The position numbers and the translations under genes are program-made. A DNA stretch of 64,000 bases from Ramazzottius varieornatus (taxonomy: Eukaryota; Animalia; Tardigrada), in assembly GCA_001949185.1 (NCBI GenBank), contig BDGG01000002.1:7244448-7308447 (forward strand). The letters run 5' to 3'. This document shows, in pieces, positions 11,516-27,229 of this stretch; the first letter of the stretch is position 1, and each line of letters starts with the position of its first letter. The notes under the pieces are model-generated. The model was not told the origin of the DNA and ran no database searches. It worked only from the letters and a program-made list of their open reading frames with translations.

Positions 11516-14001
11516 GGTGAGAATTGTAGGACTTCCTGGCTTCAGATTGTCGGACAAAAACCCTCGGAAACTGAAAGGAGACTGTAGGAAGAACTCAATG
11601 ACACAAGTGACAAAGTTGAGCCAACGTTGCGCAACTTTCCGTCCGGTTTTGTTCTGTAAACTTGTCTTCCGCGATGACTGTTTTCAGGACTGCCAACTTC
11701 TCTCAGTTTACTCGATTTACCCTGGTAGACTTTGGGATATGATGGAGTGCAAGGTATCAGTAAAATCAGTAAAAAAGATATCGGCTGGCGTTCGTTTCTA
11801 CCCATATCTGCACATGAGTTTCCTGATATTTGCTTAACGATCATAAGTCAGACCTCGTCATTTATAGGCGTAAAGTACGTTCGACTCTCCTTATCTGTGT
11901 TTGTTCCGTACAAATTCATGCCGGAACCGCTCAGTGCGTGGTAGGACAGAACAGACTTGGTTTCATGCGAAATTTTTATCTTGGCTGTACACAAGAAGAG
12001 GCCTAAAAGCCGCACACCGTTGAATACGACGTCTGCAGAACTGAAAGCATGATCCGAGCGAAGAAGAAGCAATACTGCAGGTCTGTGAGAGGCTGGGCTG
12101 AATTTCAGGCTTTCTGTTTTTACCTTTCACCGTGCCGATAGGTTTCTGCTTCTTGTGCGCTGATGACTGACTGTCTTGATTCGTGGTGGTCCGGTCAGGG
12201 CCGGGGTTCCTTCAACAGGAAGTTTTTGAGGCTTTACTTTACAGCCGAGAATGACACTCACGGGTCATCCATCAAGGTCGTGTTCATTACGAAGCGTAAT
12301 GAGATATTTGCTGGCAGGGTTCTCCAACGGGCAGCAGGGGCGACCTACGTATGTCGCTTGCCGCAGCTGTCCATGGGTCACCAGCTACCACAATTAACTC
12401 GATGCTGCCTGCTCTCTTTGATAGATGCATTAGGATATTCAATAAACAGCCGTCTTGGCTGCCTCGTCTCACCCATCCGAATTCTGCACTTCAGTCACTG
12501 TTATTCTCAGGGTGTCAAAACAGTATAGAAATCATCACTCCCATTATGAGATTGCCTTGAAAGCGAGCTGACGCTAATTTCTGAAAATTAATTGGTTAGA
12601 AGCATATGAAGTGTCCGGGTTCCAACAAAAGCTGGTCCTTGCAAATTTGACCGGTGTCCAGTTAATTTACGTTCCACGCATCAAAGTCATAGTGCAGTAT
12701 GATACCACGCATAGTAAAATGGAGGTGAAGGCTTTTCATTCGGCCGTCTTGCCGTTACGTCGCGGACTTCGGACAAGTAAATCCATAAAGACCGAAAGAA
12801 GTGCAAAACTAGCCCACGGAATACCCGCAAAGCTCTTTGTCGGTCTCGGCTAGTTCTGCGCGAGCGTCGAAAGAGCGAGGAGCGCCTCGTGGCTATAGAT
12901 CACAATGCCGACCTTCGAAGGCTGCTCATAAAAACACGACGACGATGTCTTGGACTGTATCTGAGCGCGCCTGAAAGCCAGATGTTTCAAGCTTCTCGTC
13001 AACGCAATTCTTATCTTAGTTCAAGCATTCAGTGTTCGGTCTCTGACCAAGTTACTGTCGATCTTGATCCGTAAGAGCTGGGCATTTCGCGAGAAAATTT
13101 CTTCGAAGATTATTTTGCACAATGCCTTCGTCCAGCTTCGATGTTCCGATGGAATCCATGGCGAAGCCCTCGCAGAAACTACCCGGAAGTCAGGGACAAG
13201 TCATCAAAGTGGAATCCTCATCGGGTTCCAGGTCCATCAAGCAACGACTGCAGGACGCGAAAGAGTCTCTTCTCGGCAGGAAGCGCAAATGGAAACTACC
13301 TGTTGCATGAATAGTGCAACAGTAAGTGACGTTTCCAGCCTTGCGTACCATTCTCCGACTAAGTTAGAACAGCGCGCCGGCTCGAACGTCGCGTCCTGAT
13401 GTAAACGCGGCCTTCGAAGATTCTGTTCAAGTAGTGTCAGATTCTTTAATTTTTCCGACCAACATTCTACACCAATTAAATATTGAATAATGGATGAGTA
13501 GTGTTTCAAACCTGTGCCATGTGTACTAGACTGTGGTAATTTGTAAATCCTTGATCATGCAGTTCATGACTTCATGTGGGTCTTCGTTATCATTTCCGTA
13601 AGGGTTCGAGGTAATTATTGCGATGAATATTACGCCGAATGGATAAAACGGTTTATTGACTTGAAAGCACTGGGTATAATCACAGCTGGAACTGGATAAA
13701 ACAAAAAAGCTTCAGACATGATTGTACTAACAACGTAAAAGAAGAGTCTTTGGTCCGCTAAACGTAGAACTTTAGGTGTGGGATCTTCGCTACAGAAAAG
13801 CGTCAACAAACGAAGTAGCGAGGCGCTTAAATACAAAACCGGTTAACAAATGTCAGAAAACGTCTTCGAGACTCGAGCAGATCCTCTTCGGTTTCACGAA
13901 CGCAGTCGCTGAGCAAATAGGTGGCGCTGCGAGTTCGGCGCATACCTCCCATATCTTTGGTCTCTGTTTTGGTGAGAAAGCTCTTGTGACGCAACTCCTG
14001 G

Positions 14002-17000
14002 TCATCTCGACATCACAAATAAGGCCAACAGGGCCGTCAGAACCGTTAGCCATGTGAGTGCGGTTCTGGGAGGCGCCGCAGAGTGGTGCCGGCTGCACTC
14101 GCTGAACTGCGTCACGTTAAACTGCTCGCCGGAGTTCAACGAGACTGGACAACGATTGGGAATACTGGTCAACCTCAGTACTCCATTGTCTTCTTGATAG
14201 ATCTGTAAGGAGGAAGAACCATGAAACCAGATGACAGAATTTTCAGCTGAAAAAGACAGAGAGACTTACGAAGCAGTGTTTGGTCAGATTCCGTCTCTCA
14301 CTGGCCACGAAGTAGCCCACTTTCTTGTCCATCCAATGACCGTGGCAAGTAAACTCCACTGTAATGCAGAGAGGAACTCATGAAAGAGATACTGTACCTT
14401 ATATCAATAACTGGCGTGGTTCTTACTTGATGTCGATTCGATGATCTCGCCCGGCTCGGCAGCCGGACAGTCCGTGGTATCCGAATGTGTTTGAAACTGT
14501 ACCACCGTATTACGGTTGCATCCGATGGTCACTTTGGTCATCTCTCCACACCGTGAAGCGTAGCGACTAGGTTGGGCTGTTGGTATGAGGTAATGTCCCG
14601 GAAAGGGACAAGGAACCTCGCGAGAAGCGTGAGCGACTAGAGTTATCCATTCAGTCGCGTTACTGAAGTTGCCATCCGAACAGGCCTGATCAGCGTACGG
14701 AGAAAACCGTCCTGGAAAACATACGGGGATAAAAATGATGAAGATGAATGGCTTCTTCAAACAGACCTTAACAAGAAAAGAAGAAACCTCCTAGACAAAC
14801 CTTGCTGCAACTGCACCACTTGATCGCTTCTCCGTCGCCAGTTCAGGCATGTGAATCCGCTGCCACTGTAAGGAGAAAGACAATGCGGTTGGTTATGCAA
14901 CAGCATTCTTCTCCTTTGTCTTCCCCAAGACAATGCGTGTGCGAACAACGCTTACCATCCACGGACAACAAAAGTCACGGCACGGAAGAAGGAATCTGCC
15001 GGTCCTTCTGTCGAGTTGTCTTGACGGAGACAGGTGGTGTTCAGTGTCAGCTCTCTTACCGCCGAAGTGCCATTGAAACTGTATTGTCGTAGGGCTCGCG
15101 CTTCGGGGGAGCTGAAGACGAACTGAGTACTCGATGTCATATCGTGCCATTCTTTGGCTTGTGTCAACCAAGTGGGGAAGTTACACTGGGGAACGGGATC
15201 GGGCTCTGTAAAAGAAAGAAAGAGTGGATATTTCTCGCGGAAATCCTCGATGAGTGGGAAGGAGATGAAGTCAAGTGACACGTACCTTGCACCATCGTCA
15301 ACGTCAGCGGTCCTTCGGTGGCAGTCTCGATGGCATTGCATGTGGCATCTGCCGACTGAGAAATCTGGACGCCATTTTTCGTTTGTTTGTAGATCTAAAA
15401 ATAAAAAATTGAAATATTCATTCACGATTATAAAATAAAGTAATGACAACGTAAACTAAATGGAACATCGGCAAATGACTTGAACATGACCGTTTTCAGA
15501 CTTCAAGAATAAAACCGTCCGCCACTAGGATGAACGATCATGCTCAGTTCATTTGCCGCTGTCCCAAATAAAACTGTAACAACTTTCGCTTCGTTTCGCT
15601 ACTCTGCACGAAACGGACGAGGAAGTTACTGACATTTATGCGAATTTGACTAATAACCATCTTGACAAGCAAAGGAGGTCTGTATCGATAAGAGACTACC
15701 GATTAATGGATAAGAAGTAGAAGAATGTGTATGCATGATTTTGAAAGAGTTTCTGGGAGGTCATATTGGAATTTCGTCGAAGAAGGGTAATATTTGTGTG
15801 AAAAGGCCGTTCCTTTAACGGCGTTACAATCTTCCAGAGCATTTAGCAGAAGTCTGTCAATCTGCTGTAAGGACAGCCATCTATATTCAATTGTGGCATT
15901 GTTATCTTTGAGGCGATAATTTGCCTAGCCTATGCTCCTTGTCTCAGTAGACAAGAATGTCAATTAGACAGCCGCTGGTCCCCGATGGTCACCTGCGTCG
16001 ATTTCGAGGAAGAGGTTAGAATACTTACAAAGCAGCGGAACGTCTCCTCATTGCTGCTGGCCATATGATGGGTTATTCTGCCGAGCAGGTAGCGATTCTC
16101 GCCACTTCGCCATGTCCCGTAGCATTCCAATTTGACTTCTGCAAGCAAGAGTGCGTCGTGGTTTATGAACAATTTTATGTCGTGTTGTCTAGACAAGCAC
16201 TCACTTCGCTCTTCCGTCAAGTCCGGACAGGACTTGTAATGGAGCATGATTTCTGACTCCTTGACGCAGGATTGGGCTTCTGACCTGGGATATTGACAAG
16301 TCCGGTAGCCTTGAGGGCCCAGAGCGTATGTGAAAGAGAAGCGGCCCCGAAAGGGACACGTCTCCGGCGATGTGTTTACTGTAAATAATTGGAGAAGTGT
16401 CAGAGATAATTGGGTAATGAGACGAAAACAAATCTCCGTAAGAAGCTATAAACTTCGAACAGAGCACCTCACTAGTTGAACCTGCCCTTTTTCCTAAAAC
16501 ATTGCGACGTCGGCTGATAAACTGACCATGATCTGTACTGTAAAGTGGCGTACTAGTACATTATTATTAGCTCAGAATGTGCGCCACTTTAAACGATCAC
16601 GTTCAAAGTTGTTTTCCGACGTCCCAATTGCTTGCAGGACCGTGCAGGGCTCTAACCTACACTAGCTGGGGAACTCGTCGGTACTTCCAAAGACTTACAG
16701 CGAAACATGGAGTAAAGCGGGGCATCGCCTCGGATATCATTGCACAATCCGTCGATCGAAAGACCTTCGGCTGGGACTTCGTCCATGGGCATACAGAGAC
16801 CTACGAAAGTGTAAAATGTACCGCCAGCTGTTGGGCGAAATTTGTGGAGCATGAAACAGTGTAATGGTAGATTCTGGATACCTACTTTCTTTGTACTGCA
16901 GTACATTTGGATGGGGAAGTGAAGCGGCAACACATGTGTAACAGTTTTCCTTCCTGAAAAGAGATCAAGTTACAAAACAATTTGAGGCAGATGTCAAAAT

Positions 17001-20000
17001 CTGTTGTGCATATTCTCATGCTGAATGTGTGAAATGTAATACAAAATACAGTACAGTGTTTCTGGCTAAAGATGGATTGCTTGCTTCTTTGATATTCGTT
17101 TGGGTCAAGGCTTGGTGTTCCTTGGGGAATGGGGACTACCGGAAACTAGCGACCGAAAAGTAAACAAGGAAGGAGCACAGGAGCATTTGACCCAGCTGAG
17201 AACTGTATAATTGAGTGGACAAGCCGCGGTCATCCCGCACCGAGTGGAACTCGTCAAGGACGTTGGGTGGAATATTCTGAATAATAATGTCTGACTATGA
17301 ATTTGCATATGCCAATCAAAGTGTTGGCTTGGCCAGACAATGGCCGACCGTGACTCAAACTGCGAAGTAATTTTGTGGAAAGTGTCATTTGACAGCGTTG
17401 AAAAGGGACAATCAAAGTGCAGTGAGACCTTTTGACTTGCGCTGCTTCGGGAGGAAGCAGTAGGAGGGAAAGGCCCACTAATCAAGAGTGTTGGCCAGAT
17501 TTGCCAATGTGTCTTTTGTTCAAGTGGCGAATATTTCCGCACGCTGGTTTCGCTCTGAATGCGCCGGCCATCACGAGAGTCCCTCTTGGTCCCTCCAACC
17601 ACTTCACTCGCGCGTCGCCTCCCGTGGCGTTACGCCGCTAATGAAAATGACCAAACTTGTCCCGTACCCCATTTATCAAGGCTGAATATGCCTTCGTTAA
17701 GTATGCAAATGATTTATCATATAATGTATGGATTATTTGCTCAGTGAGGTGGCAGTGATTTCTTCCAACACTTAACTTATTCCTTCTGTCCGCTCTTATC
17801 AAGAAAACCACCGTCGGACTTTGGTTCTCTTTGCAGCGAAACTTACGGCGAGATTTCCTTGTCTCATTTTCGAAAGTAGTACCAGTGGGATAGTGCGACA
17901 TTTTTTCTAGAAATTTACGACATGATCCAAGATCGTTTATGGTGAGATTCCCAGGAGATGGCGCACGCGCATACGCATCACTAGTCATGTGTAACGTGTT
18001 AGGGATGAAAACGAACTTAATGGCTCAAGCTCAGACGATTTGGCCTACAGTCAGGGATCATTTTGTCCTTTTGGACGTAATATTTTCTGCTGAAGCCCGA
18101 GCGGCGGGTCCGGATTTGCTTGCTTTGTGTAACAACCTCCAGGGCTTAATGTCCAGTCAAGCGCATGCGCTGATCCGCAACGAAATGAAAGGACGACAGG
18201 CTTACTAGTTAAAGCTGTCCCATCGCTTTACGTCCCGTCCTGCTTGGGGAGAGATATGGATTTATGGACAGAACTGACCGGGGAATCATGCTTGGTCTGG
18301 CCTGTCAGACCAGCTGCATATCTCTGGCGCAATCTTGTCACTTATAATTCTGTGATTCTTCCAATTTCCCCCCCCTCCCCCCAACCGTTCCGATCCAAAT
18401 CACGCAAGCGGCAAAGCTTTGAGCTTACTAGGCTAATTTGACTTTTAAGCTCCAAACGTTATTGAACCGCTGGTAAGAATATTCAATGCCGAAATAATGC
18501 ATCGAAATTCTCTGTTGATTGTCGATAGGATGTTCCGATCTTTCACCCACCTACATACGAGGTGTACGCTTTGATACGTGGTATGCAGGTGGATGAAGTA
18601 GATCCGCTGCTAGATTTCTACGCTTTCAACGGGGAAAAAAGTCACTGGCATCGAGAACGAGGAAGGTGTTGGCGATTTTAAGCACGTTCGTTCGGGCATG
18701 TTGGTATTCTCTACTGGTATATCTCAATCTGATTCATGCAGTCATGCACTGCTCATTATTTTTGATTTGGGTATATCGAGGCTTGTCATCGATTAGATTA
18801 GCACCCTTGCCCATTTCATCCCATAGACGCAAATATTGCCAATAAACAATTTTTGTCGAGGCCTGCGTGTGATAAGTCCATTATCGGAATGGCCTCCTTG
18901 TCTTTTGTGGCGTAGATCCACCATTGCATGCCAAACGCCATTTTCAGCTGGAGCCATTCCATAGCGATTATGACTTGCAGAATATCATTCTGCACTTCGC
19001 TCCGCATCATCAGCCCCCTTCCTGAGAGTGAAATGAGCCCTACTTGCAAAATAAAAAAATACTGGCCTGTGCCAACAGTCACCGACTAGAGTATGATCGA
19101 ATGGAATATTCACGAATATCGACGGGTTTCAAGAGTGCTGGAAAAGTGGTAGCTTCGATCCGTGGAGGGCAAATATGCTGCCTGGACATCGGTCAATAGA
19201 ACTATAGAGATTTGCGCCCAGCGAATGACCACAATATTTGTTCAGCAGCCACTTCAAAGAGCATATCCAACCGTTATCCGAACTTGACAACAAAGGTTAA
19301 CGCATAAATTTATGCCCTTATGCTTCGACGGCGCACGCCACCTTTCTTCCTGAATTTCTTTTGTCTCCTGGAAGCCCGCTCAACATGAAATATTTCTTAA
19401 TATTCTCAACTTGTAACGCTTGGTGATTTCACGTGGGCCTGATGCTGTGCCATATGGGTAACGGAAACTGAAAATTTTGAAACTTTAAACGGAGTCACTC
19501 CAATATCAAATATCTGCGGCACAGCAGGCGGAAGTCGCCACCTTCTGAGTAACATGTTACCAAACTCAGTCATCGACTCTGCATCCTTCATCGTCGGATT
19601 TCATTCGCTCAAGTAGCTACTCTGAATTCCACCGCAAACATTGTTCAATCTGCCAAATCCATTGTACAAATACTGATTCCTGATTCGTTCCTTCTGTCTG
19701 AAAATAGGACGAATTTTCCATTTTGATCTACAGTCTCATAAAAACGACGGTAAACTTTTTATTAGGTCATATTTTGATAATCGAGCCTTACAAGATCGAG
19801 CCTTTCGATACCCATAGATTTTGTAATATTTAACATGCTAGTCCGGACGCCGTTCTCTTAGGTGTATCCGGTGGAAAATTACGTACAGGGTTGACTTTGA
19901 GATTTTTGATTAGAAGTAAATACGGTGAAGAGTAATTCGATGCTCTACTAGCAAATCGTTCAAGCACTCTACTAACCCGATTTCATCCCGAGTCAATAAG

Positions 20001-23000
20001 GGGACGAAGTAAGACTCAATCGGAAGCTAAAATACGACACCGGCAATCAGGGTTAGTTCGGGGCCCTCATCACAGGACACTCAGCGGAAACCCTTCTGCT
20101 ACCTGCATACACCAAAGCCGGGTATTAAGACTGGGCCGCCGTATGTAGGTGCGCGATGTTGATCGACCGACACTATAGTCTTTCGATCAGTAGGATGCCG
20201 ATCGCGCATAGAAACCCATAATGGATTCGAAAGTGCTAGGGGCGACACGCGCGTGTTCATACGCCAGTATACAATCGAGCCTAATTGGAAAATAAGCCCT
20301 TGTAAATTCTTCTTCAACGAGCCAGAGTCTGAATAAAAGTTTTTTATGCGTAAGATTAAATCGGGTTAGAGTGGCGCGGCTTTGCGGAGAGCGAACCTTG
20401 TCATGTCTTGACATGCGGTCGATCTGACAGTTGATTCCCCCCGGGAAATAACAAGACTATCATATCTTTATACAAAACTGTACGCGAAGCTCTTCGTGTC
20501 ACAAAAAAACTTGACGTAATGAGAATTTATCGAGTAATATAAAGCGTGATCGCTACCGAATGCGCACCACCACAACGAGGCCGCCAAACAGAAAATTGGC
20601 TGGCTCCCAGAACAATACATCTCATCATTTACCGGATTTCGTGTCGATGATTACTAAACCCTATAATACCTCGATAAGGTATTGGGATCAAACACCGCAC
20701 TTGTCACAACAACAGCCTCATTTCCGGACCTCATCACAATAAAACATCGCTCGTTAATATTGACCACCATAAAGCATTCTCCCAGTAGACTCCTCTGTAT
20801 CACGAGTCGAATATTTTTGTCAAAGTTGTGAAGTGGAGTGTTTTTCGTAATTGTTCCTGCTGGCCTTACTGCTTTTCCATACAGATGCCAGCAACAACAG
20901 AAATTTCAAAAACTCGAATGGTTCTCCGCTAAAGCTGAAAGCCGAAAGTTTTCACTGCCAGTAACCGGGGTTGTCTTTTGTGGTGTTGTCACTTGGGCTT
21001 TTCACGCCGCGACAACGTTGATAGAGTTCTTGGATCATTGGGCTGGACTTTTCTTTCATTACAAGGAACGTGTCGTGACAACATGCATTTTCTGTGTTGT
21101 GTCTCTGTGTATGTAGCTCTTGGACAGATTTGTGTCAATCCGTAAAGTGCGCACAAAGCTCCATGTAAAGCTTTTTTGCGCCCTAGAAGAAGAAACTCTT
21201 GGAGCTTTACCTGTCAAGAAAGAGATACTTGTCGCTGTACTTTTCCGCCTTGTGCTGTAGACAGTCGCCTTTGCTGGTCATGGAGGTTTCATTGATGGAA
21301 ATGACGCCGGGGATGCCTGACTGGAACCATTGGCCATCCCACGCGGTGGGAAGTCGGCATGGCGCGTTACTGTCGCCGGCTGTTCCGCGATTCCGTCTCC
21401 GAAACTGCCCATGACGCTCTGACCAGGAAGCAGGCGAAGCCGCACAACCTGCGAAAAATACCACTAAAAGCTCATTACACTGTCCGCAATTATCGGCCTT
21501 GTTCATTAACACCGACCAGGTTAACTACCAGTTACTCTGGGACAAACCATGGGCCACCCAAACAGAAACCGAGGTATCCTTACACTAGCCCACTGTAACA
21601 AGAACTGCGGTTTCTATTTAGAGGGATCATCAAGCATACACCTGCCATGCCCTTTTGAACTCAATCAATCAGCGGCAAAAAATAGGGCTTCTGTTACACG
21701 ATGTTTTTTGGCTAATGACAGAGCATCACCGGTGTATTATGCCATTAATTATATCACCCTCCGTACAAAAGGTCTGCTACACGTTGACGTTGTGACAGGA
21801 GTAAATGAGACTTTAATGAGTTTCACCTTTGGTACGTTTTCTTTGAACACAGAACACACCGGCCGGCAATTTGATTGATTACCGTACCATCCTCTTCGAG
21901 TCTTCTCTCGCGTGCTGATCTATATTTTGCTTTCACCGACAAAGAAAACAACGAACCGCGCGTCTCTGATTTCCTCCTGGGAATGTTCTTTCTCTCTAAA
22001 CGAGAATGAATGGTTTGATGGTACCATTTAATGTCAGCCGAAGAAGCCAAAACTATGGAAGCAATAACGGTCCAATGAACTCCTAAATTCTATCTTTTCC
22101 GGCCTGTATTGACAGCTTATTGACAGACAAATATTTTCGAAGTCAGCACGACTTTTTGTGTGAAGCATGCAAGTGAACGACGTTCGGAGAAAGGAATGTA
22201 AAACATGCCTTCTTTGTGAACTGTTATGCAACACGAGCCAGAAAAGCCGTCTCTAACGTCTTTGGCGGGTTCTTTATAATTTCTTAATGTCCCATTTGAG
22301 AATCATCTTGTGCACAAGAGGAAGTCCCCAAGTACTCGTCAAAGTTCCGCCTCTAAATTAAATTGCAACATTGACGTAGTTGAGCTACTCCCGCTAAGAG
22401 GGAAAAAGACCGACCGGAAGTCTGCTCATCGGGACACTAAAATTATGTGATTGCATTACACCGCTCATTTCCAGACTTGCACGTGCATAAATGCCCTCAG
22501 CGTCGTTCGGCAAAGCGCATCTGTTGTCGAGTTCATCATTAAACTACCTTATACCGGAACGCTTTGTAATTTTGGCCAACAGGTAGTCAGGGTACTATGT
22601 ATGACAGAAAAAAGGCCCTTCGCCGTGCTCCACTTGAGCAAAAAAGCCAACGTCGTCGGCGGACCAGTTTCTGCCCACTCAACTGGCGCATAGTACCACT
22701 TGCTCGACAAGCGACGCAAGCAAAGTACGCTAATTAGTTCCGTCTCGTCTTCGCACACCTTTATGACTCTTGTGGTCTTGTCGACATCGTAGTCAAGCGA
22801 TCGAACCATGGAAAAGGAAAAAAAGTCACATACGCTGCGATTGCTCCGCTGTCGACGTTGTCCAAGAGTCGGAATGTGAGCATCCCATTGTCTGTATGGG
22901 CGATTGTTCGGCGCATTAATCCGCCATTGATGAGATTTCATCCTCCCGAGCCAACAGCACGTACCTACCTTGCTATTATCTGCCACTCCTTTTACCTATA

Positions 23001-25812
23001 TGCAGTTGACGCTTCGAAGGGAAGATCATTCTTTCATCGAAAGCATTAATGCTTTCGCGCATTTAGCTCCCGACAAAGCGCGCGAGTTAAATGAAATTTT
23101 CACAGCGATTAGACTTGAATCAGGGAGGTTGAATATGTTGGCTTAGTACAGAGAGCTAAAGCCCGCGCATCTGCCGGGTCTTTTGCCAATTGCCAGCCTG
23201 AAATCCAAATCCCCGCTTTGTCTTGTCGGTTTCACCTTTCGTTCCCCTAATAGGATTCATACGGCAGGCAAAGTACAAAAGAGTGGAAAAGACAGTGGCG
23301 CTAATGCCACGATAAGAGGCTGCTTTATGGCCGCTTAATTATCTGGGCAAATAATCAGGCGCGCTCTTACACGGACAATCGTAAAGGTAAACTCGGTAAA
23401 CGCCAGCCTTTCTCCTGCCTAAATATTATCGCTTCTTTTACGACTACTGAAGACAAGGCTCATAAAGTTATCCGGCCAAATCACATGCTCTCGACAAGTC
23501 GCCATAATTATCTTCCCCGCCAAAGTTCGGACGCATCTGCGTATGTGCGCCGGTCAAACGAAGACTTGGTCGAACTGGGAAGGACGAAGACAGCGGTCGA
23601 TAGAAAAGCAAACAGTCGTAAAAGTAACCAGAAGATCCTTCCGCCCTAATGACTGGCTTCCCCCCTGCCGTGCCCGTAATTACAGGTTAGCCTATAAGAG
23701 GACAAAAGGTTGGACCCTGTATTTGTTCAACGAAAGAGGTCAAAAACGGGAAGAGCTCGCCATGTGCTGATTTTAAACACCTGCCGTCCTTTCGTCTTCC
23801 TTGGTAGCCAGATCGATTTTCGACAGTCCAAAACAGACCACTCGCTTGTCCATCCTCGCTACAACGAGAAGATGGTCAATAATATTGGGTGATGCATTCA
23901 TTAACCGAGCAACGAGGCGAAGCAAGACAGGGAAGAGTACATGCTTCATGTGTAATTTCTTGACGCGCTGAACCGCAACCGTCAGGCGTAAGATGACAAC
24001 CAGCATTTACTTGACGAGTTTTAAGGCTCATCTTACCAAAAATACCACCAGCATTTCCACTGCTGGACAATAGCCCACAAACCACCAAGCATCGTGGAAA
24101 AGTGTGTATGCCAAGGGAAAGATGATCCGTTTGAAGGGCCATTTTGTGCATTAAGCTGACCTGCAGATTATCACACGATGCAGCATATTGGCCCCATCCA
24201 AAGCTGTGGGACAATACGACGAGGATTACAATATTAAGTCCCGTGGTTGACACACGAAACGACGAAAGGACGATTCTCCAAAGTTTCTATTTTCCCTTGA
24301 CCTTGAAGTCGTAAATAATGACGTTTCTGTATGGAATTGTCAAATGGAGGTTTGCCAGACATTTATCAATTATCTGTTAAAAATACCACCCTTGTTAACC
24401 GGCTGGGAATGTGCGAGGAACCTCTTTGATACCCGACCATGTGTGTTGACTGCGGAATTGATATCCTGGAGATATATCCATTTAACTAGCTGCACGAGAC
24501 GGAAGATACAAATTTGAAAGAAGCGACGTTGCGAACATGTCTTTCCGCTGTTTGCCTGGTCATATCCTATAGTGGTGATATAGCCTCATACCTAAAGCGC
24601 AGCGGGTGTTCCGCGTTTCCGCCCGCAGACATTGTCACAATCGCCGCATAAATAAGAAGATATCATCGGTATGAGTTTGAAAAAGAATGTTTATAGGAAA
24701 AGCCTCAACAAGTTTTCACCGGAAGACCGACTTTTGGGTGGCTTCCTTTCTCCTCTCTTTAACTATGGCGTAATGTAATGACTTCAAAGACAGGTTTAGC
24801 CTTTGCCGTCCCCTTTTCCATACCTTTCAAGTCTCAGTCGATCCTCCCTAACAAAGTGCTCCAACGGAGAACTCGACATTGACGGATGAGCAGCTGACAG
24901 TGGAGAGAGTCGAAAGACCGACCATTGCCTCATTATTATGCAGAGAAGGACTTTTCAGGAATGCTAGCAGGCCACACAAAGTCTCGGTTTCATTGATAAT
25001 GATAAGCCTACAAGCAACAAGCTATATATCTAAACAAGTCTTCCATCATTTCTGTTCGATAAACCCTTTGTCAATCTCCGATCTAAGGACCAGATTGTTG
25101 CTAAAGGTTTTCCTCGTTGATCGCTGACGGGTTCTCATCATCATACCGGTGTAAACAACCTTGCTTAAAGACCTCCACGCGTGTAATATACCTGCGAAGA
25201 TAAAAATAACAACACAAACTTTGGTGGGTCTTTCTTTCTCTTCATCTGTCCGCCATTACATGCGCACAAGACAACTGTCAAAATCAGCCTCATTAAACCA
25301 TCATCAAACTGCCGCTCGACACACTCGAAATTCGGTCTACACAATTTTCACACACCGCCTTCGACCAATTTCCGTCCACCATCGAGCTGAAGCGAACCTC
25401 GATCCATTTCCCACATACGCGCACTTCAACAACAGAGTAACATGCAAAATTCATTATGCCGTACAAAGTGCTTTGTTGAAGCCTCTTGATCATGCCGGAA
25501 AAAAGTAAAATATGAAGTGAAGTCGATTGGGTAATTATAAGGCCATAAAAGTATACGGCAAAGTGGGCATATATAATGAAGTATACCTGGCGCCGACATC
25601 ATATCTGCCCCACTTGACTAGCGCGGCAACTGCTTCCTGATCGGTGCTACTTGAAAGTATCGCAGACGTGAAGGTTTCGTCTTACCTGTGAGGAAAGTTA
25701 GGAGGAGGAATTGAAGAAGGAGCGGCATCTGGACTTGTATCGCTTTTGCGGGAATTAATCCTCCCATGAGTTTTCGAGTGGTGGTCCGACGAAGAGTCTT
25801 CTGGGCTTCCAT
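14002..25812 (-). CDS. Cys-rich extracellular protein of the invertebrate DUF7044-DUF7042-DUF7043-DUF7042 family with a C-terminal membrane/GPI segment
   Basis: Exons: signal MPLLLQFLLLTFLT|G (25686-25812, joined in phase 1); CRLPTAWDGQWFQSG..SKGDC (about 21210-21448); CYTC..HPNVLQYKE; CPFRGRFSFTY; KLECYGTWRSGENRYLLG..FRCF; CNFPTWL..WH; CPFPGHY; FTCHGHW; LTWLTVLTALLALFVMSR*. Contains two introns of about 4.2 kb. Confidence 0.78.
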
Positions 25813-27064
25813 GGCGTTACTCTTTGACACTCGTGAAGTAAATGAGGGGAACGATGTTTACCGACTAGGCGCTGTCCATCAGCAAAGGAAGATGACCATG
25901 TTTGTTTGGACAGTCGACGGCACTGGACATTCATCCATGATTCGGGATCGAATCAAAAGGCGTAATGCGATACGTGGACGGACAGACACGGTGGGAACGA
26001 GGAATGCGGGATGGTAGATGCTACTCGAAACCGTCACAAGCACACTTCCGCACCGATTCGTGTGGTCAGCTCTCATTAGGATCAACGCCGATATTCCACT
26101 GACACGCAAGGGACAGATAGCTCAGACATGCAGCCGCCAGGCTCCGATTTCTGTCGGTTAGGTACTCGTTAGAGTTGAAGCGCGATGGGATTCTGGTCCT
26201 GCAGACACAAGAGTTTACGGAACACAAGTTACTCTTCCCTACTTTTCATATTGTCTTTAAACCAATGCATAAAAGGGAAGACTTTTCGAGAGATCCAAAG
26301 TGCGTGAAGTGCATCGGAAAAGTCTAATAGACGGAATGGACCGAATGGATGGACAACTGAATGGCGCGGAAGGCGGGGTGCAGCGTTTAAACCAAAACAC
26401 CCATAGCCCGCCCTACTTTATTTTCATTCGCTGCCAGCGGGAAGAGCCAACCAATGAAAACAGAGGCGCCTTGTATGGACTTGATTTGGACTGATTTGAT
26501 TTCTGATTCTGATTCAGACAACGGTACACGGAATGGGAAACTTGGAAAATTCTTCATGAATGCGGAATTGCGGATTAATTTTAGGAAATGTCATGAATTT
26601 CCCGGTACGAGATACATCACTGTGGTAAAACGAAACCCCGATGAATAAGCGTAGGAAAGATTTCGATCAAATTCAAATGATGGAAAAAAATAGAAGTAAG
26701 AACGCAGCGTCTACGGTCAAGTAAAAACTCTGTTTTGAATCACAGTACTAGCTTTATACTCATCTACCGCTTTGGAAATGAGCTACAGATTGTTTTGGGA
26801 AGAGGAAAAGCTGTCGGAACTCGGAAGACGGAGGCAAGAAAACGCGTTTGTTATCGTTTGCTGCCCAGTCAGTGACCGGAGGTGGGTTTTGTTATGTTGT
26901 GTGATATGTCGCGTGTCAGGGAGCCAGTGTTTGTCAATGCGTATCTAAGCTTAATGAGTAATGTAAAGAGTAAACTTATGTTAGGTAAGATTTGGCCACT
27001 GTGCTGACTTGATTGTCCAGCGTTGATTAGGCCATTCTCTGAAGTGTTGAAACTTGAAAGTCAC

Positions 27065-27229
27065 TATAGAGATTGCGAGCGAAAGCGCACTAGCACAATT
27101 CGATACATACCGGCACATTGTGACGTACATGTATATGTAAACATTGTGCGACTCTTTTAACACAGAGCCTACGAGACGAACTTGTTAATTTGATGTCACG
27201 ATGTTTCTGTGCGTATCGGATTGTTCTAG
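27065..27229. mobile_element. MITE family B, 3'-truncated copy
   Basis: High similarity to 50954-51110, including the internal ATGTAAACATTGTGCGACTC..AACACAG..CCTACG..ACGAACTTGTT. Confidence 0.75.

Noticed and set aside
17100-25600. Many short ORFs within the two 4-kb introns of the DUF704x gene, considered as nested genes
   Set aside because: They have no recognisable domains or splice-consistent structure, and their lengths are compatible with chance.
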